A stretch of DNA of 64,000 bases from an uncultured Clostridia bacterium (GCA_934254825.1 CAKQMB010000015.1:1950-65949); one strand, 5' to 3'; shown: positions 9,133-17,001, counted from the stretch's first letter. Translations and numbers: made by a program. Notes: generated by a model not told the origin, from the letters alone.

Positions 9133-10031
9133 AAAAATTGTCAAAGCTTGTTTATGTTTTTATTCTTTCGCTCATAACGGTTTTCACGGCTTGTTTTGCG
9201 GGCGGCTGCTCGGACACGGACAAGTCGGCGAAGGAAATTTCCGTTTGCGCCTCGGGCGTACCGCACGCGGAAATTCTTAACGGTATCGTGAAAAGCGAAC
9301 TCGAAAAGAGAGGTTACACGCTGAAAGTCACCGTTCTCGACTGGACAATGCAGAACGACGCCGTCGCGAACGGCGATTACGACGCGAATTATTTTCAACA
9401 CGTTCCCTATCTCGAAACTTATGCGGGGAAAACAAAGCTTTTCGCATCGTGTAAAGTCCACTACGAGCCGCTCGGGATTTATTACGGAAAAGCCGCCGAT
9501 GGAACAGCTGTTAAGAGCGGAAAAACGTTCGAAATTTGCGACGACGTTACGAACGCGATAAGAGCTTTTCAGCTTCTCGAACAAAAAGGCGTTATAAGCA
9601 GAGCAGCCGAGGGTGAAAATTTTCCGATAAACGCGGCGGGAGATAGTCTTAATATCGGAGCGACGAGCAAAACGTGGACGAGCAAAAACGGCGGAGTTAC
9701 GGTTACTCTTGTTGCCGAAAATTTGCTTGTTTCCTCTATGGGGGACTACGATTTTGCGCTTCTTCCTTGCAACACCGCGTATTCCGGGAGAATTTCTTCC
9801 GTAAAACGCGCGGCTGTCGAGGACGATACCGAACAGGTCGCGGGCAAAGCCAACGTTATCGCGGCGAGGTTGAACGACTATAAAAACAACGCCGAATATA
9901 AAGCGAAAATAGACGCGCTCACCGAGGTTATGCTTTCCAAGGAAGTTGCCGATTATTTTGCCGAAAAATATCTCGGCGCAATGATTTGCGATTCCTCAAC
10001 GCAGATAGATTTAAGAAGTAAGATTGCCTGA
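9129..10031 (+). CDS. metQ: MetQ/NlpA-family lipoprotein (methionine-binding)
   Basis: ATGA overlap with metI. Lipobox FAGGC. NYFQHVPYL motif typical of MetQ/NlpA. Confidence 0.85.
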   Translation: MKKLSKLVYVFILSLITVFTACFAGGCSDTDKSAKEISVCASGVPHAEILNGIVKSELEKRGYTLKVTVLDWTMQNDAVANGDYDANYFQHVPYLETYAGKTKLFASCKVHYEPLGIYYGKAADGTAVKSGKTFEICDDVTNAIRAFQLLEQKGVISRAAEGENFPINAAGDSLNIGATSKTWTSKNGGVTVTLVAENLLVSSMGDYDFALLPCNTAYSGRISSVKRAAVEDDTEQVAGKANVIAARLNDYKNNAEYKAKIDALTEVMLSKEVADYFAEKYLGAMICDSSTQIDLRSKIA

Positions 10032-10077
10032 ACAATTTGAAATATTCTTAAAATCATACTTCATCGAAATATAAAAA

Positions 10078-10112
10078 AATACGCAAAGCTTGAAACGCCT
10101 TGCGTATTTTTT
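10078..10112 (+). terminator. intrinsic terminator after metQ
   Basis: AATACGCAAAGC-ttgaaacg-CCTTGCGTATT followed by TTTTT. Confidence 0.7.
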
Positions 10113-10152
10113 ATTGCGTGATTTTATTGCGCGGGTTGGCAACAATTTTTTA

Positions 10153-10178
10153 AAAAGTCGGTCTATAAGTCGATAAAC
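10153..10178 (+). repeat. dispersed 26-nt repeat, copy b
   Basis: aaaagtcggtctataagtcgataaac, in the convergent intergenic region metQ/higA. Confidence 0.85.
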
Positions 10179-10240
10179 AGATAAAACGAGCAGTCATCAG
10201 ACCGCCCGTTTTGTTTTCAATGTTAAATTGTATCTGCGGA

Positions 10241-10975
10241 TTATATGTTGATTCCCGTATATGTGTTGCGAATAACGATAGGGGAAAGAACTTGATTTTT
10301 TTCGGCATCCTTCCATACTTTTTCGTTATGAGTTAAACTGACAAGATATCCTGCCGTGTAAATACCGTATTTTTTATAGGTTTCTTCCAGAACCTTTTCC
10401 GTTGTTTTATCGAATGAAACTTTTTTGCCGTCTTTGATAGGATTGTTATGATAGTTTACAAATTGTTTCCAGACCTCTTCTACAACCGGTCCGTAGTTCC
10501 AGCATTTTATCGGTTCGCGGAAAATTGTTCTGTTGTTCAACTTCAAGGAAATTGCCTGAGCAAAGTATAATAATTTTTGCAGTTTTAAAGGGGTTATATA
10601 ATCCGAGTCTTCCTGAGCTTCTCCTGCCGCTTTATCGATAAACCAGTAAGCAACGTCTACCGCCTTGTTATCACCGATAGTAATATCAGCGTCTTCATCG
10701 AGAACGGTGTTTTTAGCTTTTGTCGTTGCAATATCGAAATCGTTTTGTAAGCCTAACCAGTAACCGGCGGGCATACCGAAAATCGGCTCTATCGCAATGG
10801 CAAAATCGGTGTTAATGCTTCTTTTTCCTTTGATAATTTCATTGATAATTGTTTTGGAGATTCCCGTTTTTGCCGAAAGCTCGGACTGTTTCATTCCGAT
10901 ATCGCTTAAAGCCTCTTTTAAAAACTCGCCCGGGTGGATTGCATAATCAAAAGTGTAATTATTATTAGTCGCCAT
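10241..10975 (-). CDS. higA: HigA-type HTH antitoxin fused to a Panacea (DUF4065/SocA-like) domain
   Basis: The N-terminus HPGEFLKEALSDIGMKQSELSAKTGISKTIINEIIKGKRSIN..AGYWLGLQNDFDI is the HigA signature. The C-terminus PLKLQKLLYFAQAISL...WNYGPVVEEVW is the DUF4065/Panacea signature. Confidence 0.85.
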   Translation of the reverse strand: MATNNNYTFDYAIHPGEFLKEALSDIGMKQSELSAKTGISKTIINEIIKGKRSINTDFAIAIEPIFGMPAGYWLGLQNDFDIATTKAKNTVLDEDADITIGDNKAVDVAYWFIDKAAGEAQEDSDYITPLKLQKLLYFAQAISLKLNNRTIFREPIKCWNYGPVVEEVWKQFVNYHNNPIKDGKKVSFDKTTEKVLEETYKKYGIYTAGYLVSLTHNEKVWKDAEKNQVLSPIVIRNTYTGINI

Positions 10976-11282
10976 AATGATTTGATACCTCCAAGATTGT
11001 TATTTCGTCTTCTTCAACCTGTATTTTCACTAAACTCGTTAATCTGTACGAGTAATTTATAGATAAACTTGTTATTCCCCTTTTATCGCCTGTCAAGTCG
11101 TGCGCTCTGTAACGTTTTAAAATCGGTTGTGTATAAAAATCCGCGAATTTCTGCACATTTTTTAAATTTAACATCAGCATTGCCAAAGCCTTGGCAATAT
11201 TTTTATTGCCGAGTTCTTTCACAGCTTCGCCGTAACTCACGCATATTTTTTCGACTTTTTTATTTGCGTATTTTATTATCAT
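10965..11282 (-). CDS. higB: HigB/RelE-superfamily toxin (plasmid maintenance system killer-like)
   Basis: 105 aa, upstream of and overlapping the antitoxin by 11 nt (toxin-first higBA order). ..YRAHDLTGDKRGITSLSINYSYRL..ILEVSNHY resembles the HigB pattern H.L.GD..G.wS..in..yRl. Confidence 0.75.
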   Translation of the reverse strand: MIIKYANKKVEKICVSYGEAVKELGNKNIAKALAMLMLNLKNVQKFADFYTQPILKRYRAHDLTGDKRGITSLSINYSYRLTSLVKIQVEEDEITILEVSNHYGD

Positions 11283-11423
11283 TATATGTAATGCCTTATA
11301 GTTTGTTCACGTTTTTGTGAATTTATTATAACACCGAGATTTGAAATAGTCAAATATTACGGACATATTTTCTGAAAAATTTTTCATTAAATTGATTATA
11401 GATAAAATCTAAAAATGACAGAA

Positions 11424-11446
11424 TATCGGTCTATAAGTCGATAAAC
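11424..11446 (+). repeat. dispersed repeat, copy c (left arm truncated)
   Basis: atatcggtctataagtcgataaac. Confidence 0.8.
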
Positions 11447-11541
11447 GGGCAAAATCTGCGTTCATTGCGATATAATTTAACGATTAAAAACAAAAACGAA
11501 TTCGCTTTATTGTTGCTTAACATAACGAATTCGTTTTTTTA

Positions 11542-11884
11542 TTAGTCTGAAAATAATTCAATTAAGGCTTGTTGTTTTTCGGGAGATAGTTTTCGGAAAG
11601 AAGTAATGATTTTCTTTTCCCGCTCGGTTAAATGTAAGAAAGCGCGGGGCGGAAAATCTTTGTCGGAATTTTCAAAATCGATCTTCGTCGGGTACTCCGA
11701 GCAAATCGTATAAACTGACGTCGTAAAGTTTTGCCAACTCCACAAGTTTTTCATACTCGGGGCGGGAAACGTCGTTTTCCCAGTCGCTGACGTTAGATTG
11801 ATGAATAGATAACTTCTCGGCGACTTGTTTTTGAGTGTAGCCACGTTCTTTACGGGCGTTTTTGAAGTAAATTCCGTAATTCAT
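11542..11884 (-). pseudogene. XRE-family (C-protein-like) regulator interrupted by a +1 frameshift in a T4 run
   Basis: The HTH ORF (MNYGIYFKNARKERGYTQKQVAEKLSIHQSNVSDWEN...LLGVPDEDRF*) stops at 11672. The ORF 11542..11844 in the next frame continues ..ENSDKDFPP..LTEREKKIITSFRKLSPEKQQALIELFSD. Deleting one T from gat cga TTTT gaa fuses them. Confidence 0.7.
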
Positions 11885-11917
11885 TATAATTATTTTAACA
11901 AAAATGTGTATCGCACA

Positions 11918-11946
11918 TTGACAAATATGTGCAATGCACATATAAT
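11918..11946 (+). promoter_or_regulatory. perfect consensus promoter with palindromic operator in the spacer, driving the methyltransferase operon
   Basis: TTGACA, 17 nt, then TATAAT. The spacer contains TGTGCAaTGCACA, and a second ATGTG-n5-CACAT lies just upstream. The ATG at 11953 is only 7 nt after the -10 element, suggesting a leaderless mRNA. Confidence 0.6.
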
Positions 11947-11952
11947 ATATGT

Positions 11953-12687
11953 ATGGCAAAATATCAAGATAATGACAAATCGCAAAAAACACAGATAAAA
12001 TCGAAAAAGCGGGTTGCCGAACACGGCGAAGTTTTTACAAACGAAAGAGAAGTAAAGGCAATGTGCGATCTGGTCGCGCAGGAATGTGAGCGGATTGACA
12101 GCCGATTTTTAGAACCCGCGTGCGGCGACGGTAATTTTTTAGCCGAGATTTTAACGCGAAAACTTACTACCGTAAAAAAGCTCTACAAGTCCAACACTTA
12201 CGATTATGAGCGGTATTCCGTTCTGGCGGTAACGAGCGTTTACGGCGTAGATATTTTATCCGATAACGTGGCAGAGTGCCGCGAACGGCTTTTTATACTG
12301 TGGGATAAAGAGTATAAAGCGGTTTGCAAAAAGGCTGTCGCGCAGGAAACGCGCGAAGCGGTGAAATATATTCTTTCAAAAAATATTTTATGCGGCAACG
12401 CCTTAACGCTTATGTGTGTGGACGAAAATCAAAAAGATACCGAAACGCCGATAATTTTCCCCGAATGGAGTTTAATGCTCGGCGCGAAGCTGAAACGCCG
12501 CGATTTTCGGCTTGACGTAATGCTGAAAGCGAACGACAAACCCCAAAACGGACAATCGTCTTTATTCGATATATCCGAGGAAATTCGGAAATTCATTTCG
12601 ATAAATCCCGTAACAAAAGAATATATGGCAGAGCCGATATGCGAATATCCGCCCGCGCATTTCAGGAGAGTGCAGGAAAATGGCTGA
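11953..12687 (+). CDS. methyltransferase-like protein with SAM-binding motif I but no NPPY catalytic motif
   Basis: GEVFTNEREVKAMCDLV....FLEPACGDGNFL resembles motif X/I of gamma-class N6-adenine MTases (TaqI-like). YGVDI and ILCGNAL follow, but the ORF ends before any (N/D)PP(Y/F). Confidence 0.65.
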   Translation: MAKYQDNDKSQKTQIKSKKRVAEHGEVFTNEREVKAMCDLVAQECERIDSRFLEPACGDGNFLAEILTRKLTTVKKLYKSNTYDYERYSVLAVTSVYGVDILSDNVAECRERLFILWDKEYKAVCKKAVAQETREAVKYILSKNILCGNALTLMCVDENQKDTETPIIFPEWSLMLGAKLKRRDFRLDVMLKANDKPQNGQSSLFDISEEIRKFISINPVTKEYMAEPICEYPPAHFRRVQENG

Positions 12688-14221
12688 AACTTTTTTCGAT
12701 AAAATCTATAAAAATAAAACTTTGCATACGCCCGACGTTTTATCGTGCCTTGCAAATTTATCCAACGACGAAGTTTTTACCCCACCCGACGTGGTGAACA
12801 AAATGCTCGACCTTTTGCCGCAGGAATTATTCTGCGACCCGAACGCCACGTTTTTAGATCCCGCTTGCAAAACGGGTGTGTTTTTACGCGAAATCGCAAA
12901 ACGTTTGCTTGTGGGGTTGGCGGATAAAATTCCCGATTTGCAAAAACGTATCGACCATATATTCCATAACCAGCTATACGGAATAGCGATAACCGAACTC
13001 ACAAGTTTGCTATCCCGCAGAAGCCTTTATTGTTCGAAATATCCGAACGGCGAATATTCGATTTCTCATTTCGACACAGCGGAAGGTAATATTCGTTATC
13101 GCCGCGTAAACCACGATTTTTCAAACGGCAAATGCAAATTCTGCGGCGCGACAAAAACGCAATGGGATCGCGGCGAAGAAAAGGAAACCCACGCTTATGA
13201 ATTTATACATACTTTAAACCCGGAGAAAATTTTCAATATGAAATTCGACGTAATTATATCTAACCCGCCTTATCAGTTATCCGACGGCGGAAGCGCAAAC
13301 GGTATGAGCGCAAAGCCTATTTATCAGCATTTTATTGAAATGGCAAAAAAACTTCGCCCTCGGTATATTACAATGATTATTCCTTCAAGGTGGTTTTCGG
13401 GCGGTAAAGGATTGGATTCTTTCAGAGATGAAATGTTGAACGATACGAGCATTAGAGTATTGTGTGATTATGAAAATTTCAAAGATGTTTTTCCCGGGGT
13501 GGATTTAGCCGGCGGCGCTTGTTATTTCCTTTGGGATAGGGGCAACAAAGGAATTTGTAAAGTCAGAAATTATATAGGTAAAGAATATTCTGAAAGTTAT
13601 AGATATTTAAATCGGTTCGATATTTTTATTCGTTCTAATATTTCTATAAATATCGTTGAAAAAATCACTTCTAAATACGGGAAATTTTTAAATGAAAGAG
13701 TTTCGATTAGATTGCCGTTTGGAATTACGACAACTTATCAACCGTTAAATAGCGGTGTTCCTTGCTATTTTACTCAAAAAATAGGGTTAAAATACGTTGA
13801 CAAAAACGACGTGAAAGACGGATTGAACGTTATCGGAAAATGGAAATTCCTCGTCCCGAAAGCGCCGATTGCCGGGCAAACAGACTTTTCAAAGCCTGTC
13901 GGATTTTATTATGACGGGAATACCAGAATTGCAAAACCGGGTGAAATATGTTCCGAATCATGGCTTATTGCCGGAGCGTTTGACAGCGAACAAGAGACCT
14001 TATACTTCAAGTCGTATGTCTTAACGAAAACAGTGAGGTTCTTATTGTTACAAACTGTCGTATCACAAAATATAACGAGGAAAAATTTTTGTTTCATTCC
14101 CGAATTGGAAAATTACACGCAGATTTATTCCGACGTTTATTTAAGAAAATTATGGGATATTAACGACGAGGAGTGGAATTTGATTAAATCAAAAATCGGC
14201 GAAATCGGCGGCGAAGAATGA
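12680..14221 (+). CDS. N6-adenine DNA methyltransferase (Eco57I/TaqI-like gamma class) with C-terminal target-recognition region
   Basis: 513 aa. PDVVNKMLDLLP..FLDPACKTGVFL (motifs X/I) and FDVIISNPPYQ (motif IV). Overlaps the upstream ORF by 8 nt. Confidence 0.85.
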   Translation: MAETFFDKIYKNKTLHTPDVLSCLANLSNDEVFTPPDVVNKMLDLLPQELFCDPNATFLDPACKTGVFLREIAKRLLVGLADKIPDLQKRIDHIFHNQLYGIAITELTSLLSRRSLYCSKYPNGEYSISHFDTAEGNIRYRRVNHDFSNGKCKFCGATKTQWDRGEEKETHAYEFIHTLNPEKIFNMKFDVIISNPPYQLSDGGSANGMSAKPIYQHFIEMAKKLRPRYITMIIPSRWFSGGKGLDSFRDEMLNDTSIRVLCDYENFKDVFPGVDLAGGACYFLWDRGNKGICKVRNYIGKEYSESYRYLNRFDIFIRSNISINIVEKITSKYGKFLNERVSIRLPFGITTTYQPLNSGVPCYFTQKIGLKYVDKNDVKDGLNVIGKWKFLVPKAPIAGQTDFSKPVGFYYDGNTRIAKPGEICSESWLIAGAFDSEQETLYFKSYVLTKTVRFLLLQTVVSQNITRKNFCFIPELENYTQIYSDVYLRKLWDINDEEWNLIKSKIGEIGGEE

Positions 14222-14580
14222 TGACAAATAATATCGGTAATAAAACCTATGTATGGGGTGATACTATGGAAATAATCAAAAAAGAATATAGAGAAGAGTA
14301 TGAAAAAAGAGTAAGAGAAATTAAAAATGTTTTTTTAAATGCTTACTCGGATTACTATAATTTGGTTTATATAGAGCCGTATCTTGAAAAATATAAATCG
14401 AAAAGCGATATTGTGGACGAAAAAATACTATTACAGCCCGCAAGACACTTTATGGAATCAATCGTCAGAACGATTCAAGAAGAGTTAATTCTTATCGTTT
14501 GTTCGCTTGAAAATAAAGATAACAAGGCAAATTCAGTTACTCAATTAAAGGCAAAGTTACGTAATTATTTGGTAAATTAG
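14218..14580 (+). CDS. hypothetical protein (translationally coupled to the methyltransferase)
   Basis: ATGA overlap with the MTase stop. 120 aa, Lys/Glu/Tyr-rich, no motif recognised. Alternative start MEIIKK at 14266. Confidence 0.5.
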   Translation: MMTNNIGNKTYVWGDTMEIIKKEYREEYEKRVREIKNVFLNAYSDYYNLVYIEPYLEKYKSKSDIVDEKILLQPARHFMESIVRTIQEELILIVCSLENKDNKANSVTQLKAKLRNYLVN

Positions 14581-14969
14581 GGGTTGTTGAGGCGGATAGT
14601 GAAATTGATGATTGTCTGGGATTTGAAAATGGATAAATAACTGCCGTCATTTTCCAATAACTCGTCATCAGAAGAGTGGGCATTGCTCATTGTTTGAATT
14701 TCTGGGGCGGTAGTGTAAGTCGAGAGCAGGGAAGCGGTAGGGGAGTTTTGAGTCGATTGAGGTAATGCCCCCTCATGAACGCTTGCCTGAATGCCGAGCA
14801 ATGAAACTTTGTTTGCGTCCTCATTTTCTGAGGTGCTTTCCTGAGTGGTTGAAGTGCTTTCGGATGTGGTATTCGATGTTGAATCGTCTATATCGTCAAA
14901 ACAGCCTGTAAGCAAGCAGGACGATATTATCATAATCAAACATATAATCAGTGCTAATATTTTTTTCAT
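14577..14969 (-). CDS. lipoprotein, unknown function
   Basis: MKKILALIICLIMIISSCLLTGC lipobox. Ser/Thr/Glu-rich linker. RBS GAAGGAGA. Confidence 0.7.
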   Translation of the reverse strand: MKKILALIICLIMIISSCLLTGCFDDIDDSTSNTTSESTSTTQESTSENEDANKVSLLGIQASVHEGALPQSTQNSPTASLLSTYTTAPEIQTMSNAHSSDDELLENDGSYLSIFKSQTIINFTIRLNNP

Positions 14970-14973
14970 TGTT

Positions 14974-15225
14974 TTAGTCTCCTTCTTTATTTTGATTTTT
15001 TTGTTTTAAGTCTGTATTTTTTAATTGCGTCGCTAAATTCTCATCGCGACATTTTGTTTCGTGTTGTTTTAAAAGCAATGTTATTATATGCTTTGCGATA
15101 CTGCATACGACTAATAGAAGAGTAATTATCAATGCAGTTTTGCAAACCATAAATACGCACAGTGAAACAACCTGTTCCCATATTGAAATGTCGGTAATAG
15201 TGATTGAGGGTAAAATATTAAACAT
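14974..15225 (-). CDS. small two-TM membrane protein
   Basis: 83 aa with two hydrophobic helices. RBS AAGGAGA 8 nt upstream. Spaced 4 nt from neighbours on both sides. Confidence 0.6.
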   Translation of the reverse strand: MFNILPSITITDISIWEQVVSLCVFMVCKTALIITLLLVVCSIAKHIITLLLKQHETKCRDENLATQLKNTDLKQKNQNKEGD

Positions 15226-15228
15226 TTT

Positions 15229-15699
15229 TTATTCTCCTTTTGCTTCTTTTTTTACTTTTTCCCATTCTTCTTTAAGTAGTGATTGCGATATTAAGATTAT
15301 CTTTTCAATCGTTTTGACATCTTTGCTGTTATCAAGGTGCAGAATTTCATTTTTAAGCATTAAATGTAATGGCTCGTTAAGGTTTAATCTTAGCATTATT
15401 TCATTCCGTGCTTTCCAGTATTTGTTAGACCGAGTATCGGCACTTTGAAATTGACAATTTTCATTTTCACAAACATTTTTGTCTTTATCCAACGGACAAG
15501 GATTTTTGACTTCTGCGAGCATTGTCGAAATGAAATCTCTCATCTCATTCAGCCATTTATTCCTGCTTTCGGATACTGTCTTTGCAAATAGTTTGTTGTA
15601 GTTATAGCGTGAAGTGCCGAGCGAAATAAAGAGCGAAATACCGATAGATAAAATAGCACCCGATAGAGCAATGATTGCGGCGATTACTTCTGAATCCAT
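15229..15699 (-). CDS. N-terminally membrane-anchored protein, unknown function
   Basis: ORF track 15229..15804. The preferred start is ATG 15699 (MDSEVIAAIIALSGAILSIGISLFISL), behind AAGGAGG. Confidence 0.6.
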   Translation of the reverse strand: MDSEVIAAIIALSGAILSIGISLFISLGTSRYNYNKLFAKTVSESRNKWLNEMRDFISTMLAEVKNPCPLDKDKNVCENENCQFQSADTRSNKYWKARNEIMLRLNLNEPLHLMLKNEILHLDNSKDVKTIEKIILISQSLLKEEWEKVKKEAKGE

Positions 15700-15965
15700 T
15701 AAAAACCTCCTTATCATATTTTTCGGGGCATTAAAAAAGTGTCGCCCCAAAGATTGAGAACGACACCTGTAAAAATGCACATTCTCGCTCTTGTTGCCAC
15801 ACAATGATTACAAAGTACTAAACGATATTTTTGTAATGCGAAAAGAAAGCACATCTCTACCGAGATATACTTATCGCTTGGTACTTCGTATTTAATTGTC
15901 ATTATGTGGCAAGGATATTATAGCATTTTATTATGGATTTCGCAAGTCTTTTATATTGTAACCGA

Positions 15966-16478
15966 TTAAAAATTGCCTTTTACTTGTTTAATCAGTTTTT
16001 TAAGCCTGTTTTCGGAGAAATAATCGAGAACGCCGCTCAGGTTTGAAGCGAAAGTATATCGTGCCGTCTGAGTGTATTCGTCGGGCAGTCCATAAGCGAT
16101 TGTATATCGAATCGCCCTTGAAAATTCCGCTTGCTTATTCAGTTTGTAAAAAGCCCCTTCATAACCGCGCATTACATTAAATGACGAAAGCCATATAATG
16201 ATTGAACGGGTCATAAAGGGGTTGTTTTTTCTGTTGTAATTCATTATCGACGAGAGCAGTTCCAGAGCAGAGGAAAAGTTCGGGTTGCCTTGCGGTTTCA
16301 AAGGTTCAAACGGGGATAAGATTTTTGATTTATCATTGAACCCGATAATATGCAGTTGAACGTTCGGCTCTGTCTGGCAGGCTCTGTTTGCTTTGACGAT
16401 GAATTGTTGCATTTGCTTTGTGAATCTCGCCGAATTATATGAAATATCGGCAATGATACATACGTTTGTTGTTCTCAT
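15966..16478 (-). CDS. vWA-like (degenerate MIDAS) cytoplasmic protein
   Basis: The preferred start is ATG 16478 (MRTTNVCIIADISYNS...). A beta-strand followed by D-x-S-x-x-S, then ..IIIWLSS.., is reminiscent of a von Willebrand A fold. The assignment is weak. Confidence 0.5.
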   Translation of the reverse strand: MRTTNVCIIADISYNSARFTKQMQQFIVKANRACQTEPNVQLHIIGFNDKSKILSPFEPLKPQGNPNFSSALELLSSIMNYNRKNNPFMTRSIIIWLSSFNVMRGYEGAFYKLNKQAEFSRAIRYTIAYGLPDEYTQTARYTFASNLSGVLDYFSENRLKKLIKQVKGNF

Positions 16479-16504
16479 TGTAAAAAATCCTTTTTGTCTT
16501 GTTT

Positions 16505-16935
16505 TAGTCCCTCCCACCCCCGAAAAGAAGTTTTGCGCGGAACTTCAGCCGCCCCCTTTCGGGGCAAAGAGGGAAGAACCCCGAAACGGTTTTTATCCGA
16601 ATCGGGGAAAACGGGCGGCGATTTTGTGCCGCCGATTCAGTAAAAATCGCGACGAAACAGCCCTGAATATACAGGCTAAGTGGCTTTTTTTGCAAAAAAT
16701 CGCGAAATCGGACTTGTGCTTAATGTCAAGGGTCGGGCGTAAAACGGGAATTTTCCCGTTTTCTCCCCGATTCCCCGATTTTGTTTCGGGGAGAATATGA
16801 TATACTGAAAGAGTATATGTAAAACCCCGACTTTGCGGATAGGCGAAAAGTCGGGGTGGTATGGATAACCCCCTGAACGTTCAGGGGGTATGTAGTGCAA
16901 CGCCCTTGGCGGGGATATGCGACAAGGGCGGATAA
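16505..16935. other. non-coding, GC-rich cluster of at least 8 stem-loops, many with CCCCGA/TCGGGG arms
   Basis: Stem-loops include GCCCC-ctttc-GGGGC, CCCCGA-n17-TCGGGG, GGCGGC-n8-GCCGCC, AAACGGGA-attt-TCCCGTTT, CTCCCCGA-n15-TCGGGGAG, CCCCGACTTT-n13-AAAGTCGGGG, CCCCCTGAACGTTCAGGGGG and CGCCCTTG-n14-CAAGGGCG. Confidence 0.6.
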
Positions 16936-16953
16936 AAAGCGTTAAAGAGTATA

Positions 16954-16995
16954 GAAAAAACGCGTCTGTTCCTGAATTTCAAGAACGGACGCGTC
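16954..16995 (-). terminator. intrinsic terminator of the tRNA operon
   Basis: On the minus strand: GGACGCGTCCGTTC-ttgaaattcag-GAACAGACGCGT followed by TTTTTT. Confidence 0.8.
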
Positions 16996-17001
16996 CAGTG
17001 T

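Noticed and set aside
16505-16935. RNase P RNA, tmRNA, SRP RNA or 6S RNA in the GC-rich hairpin cluster next to the tRNA operon.
   Set aside because: None of the following is present on either strand:
- the GGAAAGTCCGG-type RNase P P4 block (only gcgaaaagtcgggg)
- a tRNA-like tmRNA end
- the SRP GGAAGCAGCC-type motif
- the end-to-end pairing with a central bubble expected of 6S RNA
10100-17000. Annotating the 10-17 kb island as a defined mobile element (prophage, ICE or transposon).
   Set aside because: No integrase, transposase, relaxase or phage structural gene is present, and I found no flanking direct repeats of the adjacent tRNA. Only its accessory character (TA, MTase, AT-rich genes, tRNA-proximal position) is supported.
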